Assembly (NCBI RefSeq): GCF_009914755.1
Contig: NC_060930.1
Direction: 5' to 3' (one strand)
DNA from: the human T2T-CHM13v2.0 reference genome, Homo sapiens
Length of the DNA: 64,000 bases
Positions 1 through 13,596 of the stretch are shown one piece after another. How positions within the stretch are numbered: the stretch's first letter is position 1; the number at the start of each line of letters is the position of its first letter. The notes below the pieces were generated by a model, which saw only the letters and a list, made by a program, of their open reading frames with translations, ran no database searches and was not told where the DNA came from. Made by a program: the position numbers and the translations under genes.

Positions 1-146
1 TCTACCATGGATTTCTGAAATGTCATTGTACACAAGTGGTAAGATTGTTTTTAATCACATACCTAAACACATTTAGAACTTCTAATTATTACCTAAATGT
101 CCATTTGTTTGGCAACCACATTAACAATGTATAAATGTTTATCAAA

Positions 147-625
147 TAGGGCTTCTCAAACTATCTGTAGATAAGGGCCCTTTTTAAAATTTACAATTAA
201 TCATAGATTGACACGTTTGTAAAAGTGAATGAGTATGAATGACTAGAAAAATGAATTTAAGAAAACAGAAGCCAATCACAAAATATCACATGTTGTATGT
301 TTTCAATCACATGAAATGTCTGGGATAAACAGAGACAGAATGGAGCTTAGTGGGTTGTCTATGACTAGAGGCAGACTGGACAGTAGCTGCTAATGGGTAC
401 TGGGTTTATTTTCAGGGTGATAAAAATGTTGCAAAATTAGATTGTGGCGATGGCTGTAGAAATCTGTAAATATGCTAAAAACTAGTAATTAATACACTTT
501 AAGTGGGTACAATTTATATGTTATATCTAAATAAGACTGTTTTTTAAAAAGACATGCAAAACACAAAGACAATGTTTTTATTACTGAACTCAAAAGATGA
601 CAGATTACATTTCAATAAATATAAT
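147..625. mobile_element. Degenerate hAT-Charlie non-autonomous element (Charlie18a-like), interrupted by an L1M 3' end
   Basis: Start 'gggcttctcaaactatctgtagataagggcc' resembles a Charlie terminus; similar sequence resumes at ~548 ('aaagacatgcaaaacacaaag') after the L1 piece. Confidence 0.45.
265..550 (+). mobile_element. Old L1 (L1MB-type) 3' end fragment
   Basis: Typical L1MB 3'UTR: 'gctaatgggtactgggttt...ggtgataaaaatgtt...aattagattgtggcgatgg...acactttaagtgggt...aataag'. Confidence 0.75.
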
Positions 626-744
626 AAAACAAACATGACAGGCTTGGGAAAAAGGAACAATGGTAATTATACACGGCATTAAATAGGACATTTTTCAGAT
701 TGTTGAGCAAGAAATTAAGTATAGATTATAATACTTTCACTTTT

Positions 745-1330
745 GTATTCATTCAACAAATGATTGAGATACCTATGTGAAAGTTTCTAGATCTTGAGGA
801 TAAATAAAATTTAAACATTCACCAAAGTGAAGAAAGATATTAAACAATACTTTTATATGTAAATAATATATATACTGGCATTGTACAACAAGTACTGTAA
901 AGGAAAATTACAGGTAGTTAAGGAAGCACAATGTAAAAGGAAATAGTTTAGGCTGGGAGGGGCAGTGTTGGTATAGGAGAAAGGGAGTTTGAAACATTTA
1001 TCAATCAGTCAAAATTAACCAGATGAGGAGAGAGATTCCAACAGAAGCACTGGCTTGAGTAAATGCTTTGAGATTAAAACAAACAAACAAACAAAATCAT
1101 GCCCTATTCAGAGAACTGAGACAGTCCCTCTGTGAAGGTATATTGTGAATGAGGGAAGATAATTCTAGGTGAGGCCAGAGTAGTTGGAAGGAAACAGGCT
1201 ATTTCCTTTGTTTACCACAACATAGATTTTGAATTTTAACCTGAGTACAATTGCAGTAGTAGAAAAGTCCATTTTGATCCACTTTACAGTTTCAAAGATC
1301 ACTGGCAGTTATCTGGAGAATGGACTAGGA
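745..1330 (-). mobile_element. L2 fragment
   Basis: 'ttcattcaacaaatgattgagatacctatgtg' is the reverse complement of the L2 3' end, followed by purine-rich L2-like body. Confidence 0.55.
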
Positions 1331-2803
1331 GGGGAGGTAAAATGTTTAAAATATTCTTACAAGTTTTGCTTCCCTACCAGGCCCCCCAGAAATTGAAGAG
1401 TACCCTTCTCCTCAAAATAAACCTGTAGTGAAGCTGCATCCCTACAAACACCTCCATAGATCTGTCAATCTGGTTCACTGCTTATTTCCTGGTTAATTAT
1501 TAATCCATTCTATCTCATCATCGATTAAACATACACTGTGCATGTATGTGTATTTGTATATATATGTCTGTATACATATCATAGCATTTTAAACACTTGC
1601 TTTTTTCCTTCTTTCTTCACAACTAATATGAATCAACCAGCTTAAATCAACTGAATTCCTAATTGAGGCTATCCATTGATTATGGCATGAGGAATGATTT
1701 GTACCATAGTCTCAATTGTATTTCCACTAATAAAAACATTTTAAAGGTTTTCATTTATTTTAATAAAATAATAAGAGCAAAATATACTATAAATTTAAAA
1801 TAATTGCATGAACTTAAATTGTATTACAGAGATGTAAACACTGCCAAAGTTACCAATGTCACCATGAAAAATCTTAAAGTATTTGTTAAGTGAAATATAA
1901 AATGCAATACAGAGTATATGGAATATAAATATATATTTATATATATGTATAGAGAATGCCACATATATATTTGTCTTTATATATAAGTATAGAGAATGCA
2001 CATACATATGTATATACAAATATACAGAACACAGACACATTGCTTAGGGTTGTCAATGTTCACAATATACATTGTGTAACAGCAGAGCTAGGACAGATAA
2101 AGAATATCTTTTTTCCCTTTACATTCCGTTTGTTTACGTACTACCTCCACCATCACTCTTTGCAAGGTCATCTATATTTTAATCTGAGCTCTTTACCTAC
2201 TTTTTACACTCTCCTTCTGTATACATGTCTAGTACTCACAATTTCAAATGTGTCACATCAGTTAATTTTAAAAGAAATATTTTGTACCAGAATATTGACC
2301 ATGAATATCACTGTATTATGAATTATGTAGTATTATGAATTAGTACAATAATGAATTATACTAATTCATTAATTTTTTCTCTTAGTTTGCAAACTGGACT
2401 TTAAGGTTTTAAAGCATGCTCTGTAAATATCTGCAAACATGCAAATTAGCTATTGCATTTTCATCTAACTCTGAAGAAAAAAAAATAACAAAGCATAGTA
2501 ATGTAACACTGTAAATAACACCCCTAAAGAGTGTTAAATCAATCAGGATATCTTGGAAGGTAGTCATATTTAATGTACTTGGATTATTATTAGACCTATC
2601 TTGTCTAACTTTTCAAAGAAATTAGCAATATATCATTCCATTAAATTTAAGCAAACAATTTTGAGATGTTTTGGTCATTATCAGTTAATGACCAATAAGT
2701 ATAGTAATTTACTTATTATCAGGATAATCTCAATTTGACAGATATTTTCAAATAAATAGTGTAATTAATCTCGTCACTATAGTAAATTGCAGTTTTTGCA
2801 CAA

Positions 2804-5089
2804 CAGCAGTTCTCAAACTTTTTGGTTTCAAGACCTCTTTAGATGCATAAAAAGTACTGAGGATGACAAATAACTTTGATTATGTGGCTTATATATATTG
2901 ATGTTTATCATTTTAGAGATTAAAACTAAAAAGATTTTCATTATGTAAAATTTAAAATGACTATCATATATTAATACATATATTAATATGAAAGATTAAA
3001 TATTTAAAACATACTTTCTAAAAATGTAGTAAGAAAAGCATTTTTATACATATTCTTTAATGTCAGTATTAATAGAAAAGAGCCCGAGGCTCTTATCTGC
3101 TTTTGCAGTCATTTCATGGTGAAATGTTGTTTTACTTGTTCTATATAAAGGCAATCCAGCCTCATACAAATGTAGCCGGGAAAGGGAGGAGCACTTTAGT
3201 AGTGATAGTGGCAGGAGGCAGTCAAATGCCTAGGCAGATAGGGGACGGGTCCCCAGTGAAGCCTAACCTTCAAACCAAAGACAGTTTTAAGCAAGAAAAC
3301 CAAGCTATGAATCATGAACAAATCCACAGACCAGACTGAAAACCTCTCTTCCTGTCTGATGCACTTGCCTCTCATTGATCCCTACTCTTCACCTACTTTT
3401 TCGTATACCTACCCTTCCCTAATTTGTATTTTACACTGTCATGCCCATCTTTATGTGGTGCCATTTTTTAGACATTTTTGCATACTCACAAACCAATTAG
3501 CATGAACTCCCCCATTCTAAGCCCATAAAATCCCTGGACTCAGCCACACTTTAGGATTACCCATCCTTGGTGTTGGGAGCAGAGACTACCCAACTTCAGG
3601 TAAGGGGGCTTCCTAACTTGGGGCCCCTTCTTCACTGAGAGCTGTTTCATTGCTCAAAAAATCTCTTCTCTTCCCTGCTCACCCTCCAGTTGTCAGTGTA
3701 ACCTCATTCTTCTTGGACACAGGATAAGAACCCAGGACCCACTAAATGTGGGAACGAATAAAGGCTGTAACATTGCTGTGTGCCCACCTTATGCGACAGG
3801 AAGCAATGGCAGGGCTGGGTCAGCCCAGGAGCCATGGGTCAGAGTGGGGTGGCAGGACTGAACAAGCTGTAACACAAAAAGGCTGAAGCACACCTGGCCC
3901 AGCCACAGACTGAGTGCAGATTCTGAAGTGAGCATGGGATCTGGGACAGAGTGCAAGCCAGGCACAGACTGCTGAGCCAAGAGGGTGGGGCACCACCAGT
4001 AGTGAGCCCAAAGCCAAACAGGGCGTGGGCAAGGGCTTCACCAGCCACGGAGTTCTGCAGCTGGCAAAGTGGCACCAAAAATCCTGGGTCAGTAGATTTT
4101 TCAGATAATTAATTTTTCAGATAATTATGGATATTCTTGATAACATAGCAAAATTTAATCAGTGATTTGGAATCGGAAACCATGTCAATTAACTTTTTAC
4201 AATCTGTCACGTTAAAATCCACTGATCTATCTTGGACTTTGAAAGGATCTTTTACCTATTCATGAATATGTAACATCATTTATTAATCATTTGGAAAATA
4301 TTGATTGAGTTATGCAGATATTCCATATTTTGACACATCTCATTTTACAATATCACTGCATTTGTTAGTTAATGTTACCACCTGCACCTATCTGATCAGA
4401 AAAGGCTTTATGGATTGGGAGGCTGTCAAGATAACATCAGTTGTCACAAGTTTCCAAAATTCTAATTTTCACTTGAAATATCAGATGCCATCATTGGTAA
4501 AAAATATAGTCAGTTATTTTCCTTAAAATTGCAGTTTTATTTTATTCTTCTTTAAGAAAATACCTGCAAATACCTAAATCTGAATAATCACAGTTTGTCA
4601 ATTGTTCTTTCAAATAAAAATGGTGGTCTAAGAGGAAAGTAATGAGTTCACAATTCAATTACACAAGTGCTTTTCCTGGGGACAACCACAGTACTTTGGT
4701 TTGTAGCAGAATTATTATTTGTATACTCCCCACTTAGCCACACAGACTATGTGAGACTTAGCAAAATTAAAGGTAGATATTTAATAACATTAACAATTTG
4801 TACTGCTTCACCAAGGATTTTCTTATGTGTGACTAGATTTTGTTTTTCTTGTTTTTCTTGCAAATGCATAGCAAAGAAGAATACAATGATTACTGGTATA
4901 GTTGGGTACTACTGCTATGGTGTCAGCATTTTTATTCACCATTACTTTTGCACCATCAGTACAAATGTCAACACAGTATAAAAGGTAAATAATGTCTTCT
5001 TATTATTAAGCTAGTTCTAAGCCCTTAGAATACTTGAAAGGGTCTCAAATACTTGCAAAGTTCTGCAGAACACATTGAGAGAACAATAG
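2804..5089. mobile_element. Charlie1a-like hAT DNA transposon, interrupted by a solo LTR at 3203-4091
   Basis: Left terminus 'cagcagttctcaaactttttggtttcaagacc'; right terminus 'gaaagggtctc...cacattgagagaacaatag'; internal sequence is continuous across the LTR. Confidence 0.8.
3203..4091 (+). mobile_element. Solo ERV1 LTR (MER50-family)
   Basis: TG...CA termini; exact 4-bp TSD GTAG at 3199-3202 and 4092-4095; start 'tgatagtggcaggaggcag...aaatgcctaggcagatagggg' matches the MER50 family. Confidence 0.8.
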
Positions 5090-5229
5090 ATACAAAGAAA
5101 AATAAATAATGTCAGCATTTAACAAGAAAAAGAAAAAAAAAAACCTCAAAAGCACTTTGCCTAAGGTGAGCACTGAGATGAGGAGTATAGCCAAAAGTGG
5201 AAAACATATTTTTTAAGTGTAGAAAGATG

Positions 5230-5530
5230 GGCTGGGTGTGGTGCCTCATGCCTGTAATCCCAGCACTTTGGGAGGCTGAGGTGGGAGAATCACCTAAGGT
5301 CAGGAGCTGGAGACCAGCCTAGCCAAAATGGCAAAACCTCGTCTCTATTAAAAATACAAAAATTAGCCGGGCATGGTGACAGGCACCTATAATTCCAGCG
5401 ACTCAGGAGGCTGAGGCAGGAGAGTCGCTTGAACCCAGAAGGTGGAGGTTACAGTGAGGCTGAGACCATGCCACTGCATTCCAGCCTAGGCAACTAGAGC
5501 GAAACTCTGTCTCAAAAAAAAAAAAAAAAA
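5230..5530 (+). mobile_element. AluS
   Basis: Full dimer with poly(A); TSD aagtgtagaaagatg (5215-5229) / aagtgtagaaaaatg (5531-5545); TTTT/AA endonuclease site. Confidence 0.95.
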
Positions 5531-5847
5531 AAGTGTAGAAAAATGAGACAGCACTACACTTGTCAATCACAGGACAGCTCCATCATCATTCTCCTTGACA
5601 AGCCTTTACACCCATCTTCACAGCACTCTATTTGCAACTCCAAGTAAAGGTTGCATCATGCTAATAAAATCATCCAGAGACATAGAGCAGAAGGAATTTT
5701 TTTTTCTGGTAAATTCCTCCTCCTACACTTAGCTTTGTTTATTCTCCTTTTCTGTAAAGAAGACATTCTCCTACCTCTACACAATCATGTTGCAAAGACT
5801 AATTAAATAAAATACAGAAAATATTTTGTTTCCTACAAAAAGCACTG

Positions 5848-5994
5848 TATTTATTTATTTATTATTTTATTTTTTTGTAGAGCATAGGTTTCTCTATATT
5901 GCCCAGCTGGTCTTGAACTCTCAGCCTTGAACGATCCTTCCTCCTCTGCCTCCCAAAGTTCTGGGATTACAAACATGAGCCATTATGCTTAGCC
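5848..5994 (-). mobile_element. FLAM / free left Alu monomer
   Basis: Single left monomer with T-rich tail; 'aaaagcact' on both flanks as a partial TSD. Confidence 0.85.
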
Positions 5995-8900
5995 AAAAAA
6001 ATAAAAGCACTATTTTAGTACCTATCATTCTGTGATGTATGAAACTCTGCTCCTGACAACTTGCTGATGTTTTTCAGTTTAGCTTCATTTGGCGTGATTG
6101 TGTACTAAGGATAGGGTCTTCTAATATGCAAATGAGGCTGTGTTCTGAATTCCAGTCATAGAGGGTCCAAAACATACAAGCAGCAGGGTAGCTAATGGGC
6201 TTTGTTAATAGGAGATAAATTTGAATTTAGCAGTAAAGTGACTCAGACTTTGATGTTATTTAAATTCACTTAAAGATAGAATTTATTTCCTTCTCAAAGA
6301 GTTGACTGGGTCTAATTTTTTTTTATTTGTATTAGCAGTTGTCCTCATCAGGGAGAAGAAAAGACAGTGACCTGTTATCCCACCACCATGGCATTAATCA
6401 TTATCAAGTTCAGTATGCCCAAATACAAAGAAATATCCCTAGAATGTTCCAGTTAGCAGTCAATTTTGTCTATTAATTTGAAGTTGAGAGTATAGTTGCT
6501 TTTTTCACAAAATAAAGATGAATAATGCTTTTTTAAATTTTAATTTGACCTCTTTAATAATATATTCACATAATTTAAATTTCAAAAGATATATAAGCAT
6601 ATTCAGTAAAATTCTCTCATCCAATCCCATCCCCAGACACCTACTTCATCCAAGAAGCACACAGTATTGTAATGGATTAGAAAAAGGAAAGTTTCGACAT
6701 TTTCCCCTTGTTGGAGTTTTTTAAATGCCATCTATATAAGAAACAGAGAGATTTTGATAATCTTTAAAACTGCAAGTACCATATCTTTTCCATATTGAGC
6801 AAAATATACTTCAATTTAGTGGATGTTTAAAAGTATTGCTTTCTGGCATTTGTTTTTAAAAGAAAAGTTAAGAAGTTTTATATGAACATATTTTGCAGTT
6901 CTAAGTTCAAATTAATGAAGCAGTTAGAGTGTCAATTTGTATCAATTTTTCTAGGATTACATTTTCTTGCTTCAGTGTCAGTGGTTCCTGCAAATCCTAC
7001 AGAATCAAGAAAACGTATTTCAAACTTTGTAGAAAATTTGAAAATCTAAAATCTAATTATAATCCAAAATCTAATTCTATCCTGAAGAAGAAATTACTAA
7101 TACCATTGCTTAACCCATTTGCTAAGGAAGTAAGTGCATTGAAAATGATCTAAAGCATTTTTTTAATTTCACGGACAAATAACTTTGCACCCCACTATAA
7201 AAGAAATTAGTAAGCTCAGGGAGCCTTCTTAACCTTAATTATTTCTTTGGAAAATAAACTGCACACATATATAGGTCTTGAATCAGTTTTTCAAGTTAAT
7301 CATTTAAACACAAATAAGCTAGTTGCACTTTACTCATTGTGAGAAACAGAACATTTCCACTGTTCTTTTAAAGATGTAGCAAGAAAACAACGTGAAAGCA
7401 AGGGAAACATTTTAGCTTCACCTCTCACCAAACACAGCTAGTTCTGAAAGCTATGACTATAATTACAACTATAAGAACTTTTTCTTCAGCACAGCTTTAT
7501 TTTAGAGTAGCCAAAATTCATTTGTTCATTAAAATTCTTTTTTAAAAAACAGAAAAGTAATATTATATATTGGTCACATGACATGATTTCTCCTTTATCT
7601 GCATACCTCGTTTTTAGAATTAATTTTTAGAAAGTGAAAATTACTAAACACAAAGAATTTCAAAAATAGACATCCACCAAAATAAAACCCAGCTGTTTTA
7701 CTAATACGTGCATTTTAGAATGATATTAAAACTCAGTTTAATTACATTTCTGAAAAATTATGTGAATCTTATTCTAAATTCCTTTGATTCTTGTTTTCTT
7801 TTTTTTTTTTTTTTTTTTTTTTAAGCATGTCACTTCCCAAGTTATGGATACTTGGACAATCAAGTATTTAGTTTCGCTCCTCTTCTCTTGTCATTATCCA
7901 CAACATTTCTTCCTGGAAGATTTTTTTTAAAAGTCTAAACTTTCTCTGCATGTTTTCTGGGGGCTGGGAGGAAGCAAAAAACAAACAAACAAATAAAAGA
8001 AAAATCATCCATATGATGAGAAAATGCAAATTCACTCAATGAATATTGCTGCTGAAGCTATGTGGCTTTTATATTGAGCTAATATTTCAAGCAGATTTTT
8101 TTTCCTCTGTTTATGGCAAAAGCTGTGAAAAATTTAAAAATCATTGTGGAAAAACTTTTGTCTCATGTGACCATAAATGATTGTTTATATAGAAAGGTTA
8201 ATTTTTCTGAACTACACCCTTTCTTTCATGACTCCAAGGAAGAATTTTAAAACTAATTTTACAATCTACTCTTTTCAAGTAGCTTTTTCTGTGAAACTGA
8301 ACCATTATCTTTGTTTATTAAGATATGAGATTCAAAAGATAATCGACTCTATTTCTATATGTCAATGTTTATGTAAATATCTTATTTACTTTGCTTACCT
8401 ATTAATCCATTTACCTATTGGATTGATGTTGTATCTGTAATTTTGTTCTTTTCCAATACATCAGTCCTCATGAGGACACCATTTCTATTTATATCATTCT
8501 AATTCAAATTCATGATATATTTGACATTAAATGATTATTTTCTTTTCATATGAATATTTTCTAAGTTTAGATGATTGGTTGACTAAAATATACCAATTTG
8601 AAAATTAACCTTAAACTTATTGTCATTCTCAGCAATTTCTTCCCCTACTCAAGTTCACAGACCTAGGCATATTCTGACTGCTCTGAATTATAGATCATCA
8701 TTTTAATAGTGATTCTGGTGAAAATCTGTCAGTTTCTCAATTCAAATTATGAAAATTGAAGAGTTTGTAAAGTATAGAAGAAACATATTGCTGTGATTCA
8801 GCTGTTCATTGTATGGGCTGCGCTACCTTCAGTGTAGGATTCTTACGATGGAGAGTAATCATCTCTGTGTCCTTGAGGCTGAGGACTTGTGATATAATGA

Positions 8901-9344
8901 CAGCCAGAATGGCACTCAGAGCCCTAGCATCAATTTGAGTTTCCAGAAATAGTCCACCTTCCCACACACTAGTCCAGTTTTAGGATATTAGTATATATGT
9001 GCATAGAGTTTCCAAAGAAAAGATTTGGGGTGGTGGTTAAGTCAGAAGCATAGACACAATCATTGAACTCAAAATTGTACTTTTGTGGTGTTGTGAACAT
9101 AAGATCGCAGTACTATCCTCCTTGGAAGTAAAGATATGTGTTTGTTGTTTCTGCCACAAAAACTGTCATTATAAGCACAGTTATAAATGGGGCTGTCTTC
9201 TTTTTCATTTAAAATCTTCTCCTGCTCATCTGAGTTCTGTGCTTCAGAAATGTATACAATACCAACAAAAACTGAGAAAAGTCTTCCTAATACAGGTAGA
9301 TAATAACAATTATCACTATTACTAGTCCTGCCATCATAGCCACC

Positions 9345-10000
9345 ACCAAAATTATCTCATGTATACCAGGTACTATGTGAGATAATTTAAATATGTGATA
9401 TCATTGTACCATCACAACAAACCAAAAGGTAGACATTGTCTCCAATTTATAGACAGAGAAACTCAAGTTTTTGTTAGTGTATCTGTCAGTCCCTAAAGAA
9501 GGGAGTATTTACAGAGTATAGTCAGGGTTAGGGGAACTAACAAAGGATGGTCAAACACCCAGGCAGGAACAACAGCAGGAAGCTATCATATTTCATACAA
9601 AAAAGAGCATGGAAAAGGAATCTGACCCCTGTGAGCCTGAGAAGGGGAGACACCCAAACTGATAGGAGTTCTGACTGAGAGGAAGCTGGTTACTGCCAGA
9701 CTGATGTGAGGCTGGGCGGGAGCCGACTGAATACATAACTGACCTCTTGCTTCTTTCACACTCTGGGTGTCATCAAGTGGCTCCTATCAGCTGTACCCAA
9801 TGGCAATCCAGAGAGCAAGTTAGCAAGATGTGGCAGCCCATGAAGCTCAGGCTCTAGGGGCACAGAAAGGTGGAAAGGAGTGATTATTATACAAAGAATA
9901 ATCACCAGAGATGGTTGCTTTACATGGAAGTAAGCAGCAGAGCTGGAATTCAAATGCAGTTTTGTTTTCTCCAAAAGCAACACTCTTAACTCCATATACA
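9345..10000 (-). mobile_element. MIR split by an LTR33-like insertion
   Basis: MIR core 'ccaatttatagacagagaaactcaag' ends at ~9470 and resumes ~9915 as 'taagcagcagagctggaattcaaatgcag...ccaaaagc...ctcttaac'. Confidence 0.6.
9471..9890. mobile_element. LTR33-like ERVL LTR
   Basis: 'cagggttaggggaactaacaaaggatggtcaaacacccagg...aacagcaggaagc' resembles LTR33. Confidence 0.6.
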
Positions 10001-10173
10001 TTTAAAGGCTCATTGGATTAGAGATTTAGAGTAGACGGTGATCTAAGAAGAAATTAGAAATAACCAGAGAAGAGAAAACCAGACTAATTGTTCCTTCTAC
10101 TTTCTCTTTCAAGAAGTGAGGGGCATTTATGATGTTTAAAACTCCTTTCCTCTTAAAAAGCTACAGTAAATAC

Positions 10174-10221
10174 GATGATGATGATGATGATCATGATGAT
10201 CATGATGACGACGATGATGAT
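10174..10221 (+). repeat. Interrupted (GAT)n microsatellite
   Basis: gatgatgatgatgatgatcatgatgatcatgatgacgacgatgatgat. Confidence 0.95.
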
Positions 10222-10698
10222 TAGAATAATAACTCCTGGCATTCAGAATTTTGTAAATAACATCACTGTATTATACCTCATGCAGACTAAATTTAGATTC
10301 CTTAAATTAAAAAGAAAACATCTCAGCTGCATGTGACTTATAGCAAAGAGCTTTTGATTCACACTTGCTGGGTAAAACAGCTGATGCCCTATAGCTCCCT
10401 GTGGTTCATGAGGGAAGAGTGTGATGCAGTGGGGAATATGGGTGAACTGCCCACTACGTTCAGCAGCTACATGCATAGCTTTTACATACAAATTGGTTTC
10501 AAAGTGCTTTTATATCACTGGAGTTTTTTATTTTTACTTGTGTCTCTACATATTCATGTTCTGCATTTTACCATATCTACAACCATACAAACAATACTCT
10601 TTTATTCTGACTTGTTCTTCATATGTAATACTAAAAAATCTATTTCTGAATTTATTGTTCCAGAGTGAATATGTTCTTATAAGACAAGCAAAATTACT

Positions 10699-10920
10699 CA
10701 TTCACTTTGTATTTATTGACCACCTATGGTGAACCAGGCATTGTTCTGGACACTAGGAATCTAGTAGTAAATAACTCAATCAAAAAATCCCTGACTTCAT
10801 TCTAATGGATAGACAGACAATAGTAAGATGTATAAATAAAATATATATTACATTATATGATGACAAGTGCTAAGGGATGAGACCAAACAAACCAAAACAG
10901 AGAAGAAGGATAAAGAGGGT
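10699..10920 (-). mobile_element. L2 3' fragment
   Basis: 'cattcac...tatttattgaccacctatggtgaaccaggcattgttctggacactagg'. Confidence 0.65.
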
Positions 10921-10927
10921 CAGGGGT

Positions 10928-11145
10928 GATAGCACAACAGGGTAACTATAGTCAATAATAACTTAATTGCACATTTTAAAATGTAATCAATTTGTTTGTA
11001 ATACAAAGGATAAATGCTTGAAGGGATGGATACCCCATTCTTCATGATGTGATTATTACGCATTGCATGCCTGTATCTTAACATCTCATGTACCCCATAA
11101 ATATACCTACTACATATCCAGAAAAACTAAAAATTACAATAAAAA
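10928..11145 (+). mobile_element. Short 5'-truncated L1MA (L1MA2/3-type) 3' end
   Basis: 'gatagcacaacagggtaactatagtcaataataac...ggataccccattcttcatgatgtgatt'; TSD core gtcaggggt on both flanks (10919-10927, 11149-11157). Confidence 0.85.
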
Positions 11146-11574
11146 TGTGTCAGGGGTATTTTCATTACTTATTAATATTTGGAAAAAGAAAAAATAAAGA
11201 GTAAATACTAGCTGTGATCAAGAGATTATGTGATGTACTTCCTATGCATTATCTAATGCAAAAATCGCCTTTCCTAATGCATCTTTTAATTTATCAGAAA
11301 TTTGGATTTGAAGACATTATGACTATAAAGCCATATTCTCATTTTGCTCCAGAACAACTCTTCGTTTTTTAGATTCATTTCTTTTGGAATATTCTTTCAT
11401 GCCACTATGGAATCTGAAATGTGCATATTGTAGAAAAAAAATCTATAGAAGTAATCAGTTATCAGAGTTAGGCTAACTTTTTTTCTTTTTAAATTAGGGC
11501 AATGTTATAAATAATCAACATTTCATTTTATAATATCTTGTTTTTTAGGTTTAAAGTTTAAAGATTATAATGTA

Positions 11575-11897
<323 letters not shown>

Positions 11898-12279
11898 TTA
11901 TTATATTTCTTTTTTATTTCCTTTTTAGGGGCACAATTGCCATTATTCTTGAATATAGCAGAGGCAAAAGGATAAATATGTAATTATTAAATTTTAAAAC
12001 AATAACTTCATTTGAAATTTATAATGGATGATTTTAGGTAATTGAAAATAATAAGGATGAAGAACAATCTGCTTTCCAAGTTCATTGGTAAAAGTAGATC
12101 ACATATGCAAAAATGTTCAATTAACTACCTTTTAACAAATTCTCGCTAGAGATATTGTAAAACCAATGTCTATATGGATCTTAGACTGCAGTAATTTTAA
12201 AGAGTGATCCTTCTCATTAATAAACTATGTTTTTAAAGAAAGCAATAGAACAGAAAGCACCAAAACAATTTTGGACAAC

Positions 12280-12525
12280 TATAGTGTAATGGCTAAGAGC
12301 AAATATTTCATTGGTAGAGAAATCTCTGTGTATGACCTTTGATACTTACCAGTTGAGTGACACTGCATAAGCAGAGTACATTTTCCAAGTTTATTTTATC
12401 TTCATAAAATGAGAAGGGTACTTGACTAAATGTTGCTATTTGGATTAGATGATATAAGGCATGTAAATTATTAAATGCAAGTTTTGGCTTATAGTAAGTA
12501 CCTAATGAGTGTTGGTTTTTATTGT
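12280..12525 (+). mobile_element. MIR
   Basis: 'tagtgtaatggctaagagc...acttaccagttgagtgac...atcttcataaaatgag...atagtaagtacctaat'. Confidence 0.7.
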
Positions 12526-13293
12526 AATGATCCAGATTGGTGATGAATGCAGCATTTTGCTACTACTCTTTACAATATTTCCAGGAAAGAGATTGAGGTT
12601 TGGAAATCAGCCTTTTCAGCAAAACTATAAACTCTGTAGTAACCGTATTTGGAATTATAGGCAGAAAACAGATCTGTGAGAAATGTAATTCTCAAGGGAT
12701 TTATGAGAAATTGCAGAAAATATATATTATAAATAATTTCAGCTCCTTTTCTTTGGGAGGAGACATGTAAATCTTGAGGGATGCAAACACGTTTTTCTTA
12801 GCCAATGCTGAAAAGGGAATCACATCCAAATAAAAATGCCAAGAGCAATGGTTATGCACAATTAAGTTTCAAGAATGCTGGAATTAAATGATTCATCTGG
12901 GCATAATATAATCTCTATGCCTCACATGGTACACTTAAATAAATTTAAGGACAGCCAGCTAAATAGTACACACAGCAAGCAACTCAACACCTATAAGATA
13001 AGAGCTATCACTGAGTAAGTATCACCTGACATACAGACAAGACTCAAGAAGACATCAACAGAGAGCCGGCAGGTGGATGGGGTATCAGTACTACACCATC
13101 TGGCTGTGAGTTGGTCCACAGGAGAGCTGAGCTGGGAACAGGTGGATCAGATATTGAAGAAGAGGAAACATTGGCTCTGTTTTGTCATCAGGTGGGCGTC
13201 TCTGGTGCTGCCTGCAGAGTGGCAGGCAGTTTATTTGCAGGCAGCTTCTAGGTCTGGAGGAATAATGATGACAGGTAGACTCAAAAGCACTGA

Positions 13294-13596
<303 letters not shown>

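Noticed and set aside
1795-2321. 81-aa and 121-aa ORFs
   Set aside because: Low-complexity AT-rich sequence giving I/Y/F/L-biased peptides, with no domain or exon evidence
3789-4078. Three overlapping GC-rich ORFs
   Set aside because: Inside a solo LTR; stop-codon scarcity follows from base composition
7573-8172. Two MiT/TFE-like E-boxes (GTCACATGAC at 7573, TCATGTGAC at 8163)
   Set aside because: Only two sites 600 bp apart, within chance expectation
8800-8960. Minus-strand open stretch (ARALSAILAVIISQVLSLKDTEM...) with a possible donor
   Set aside because: Weak donor (gtagcg), no clear acceptor and no recognisable protein
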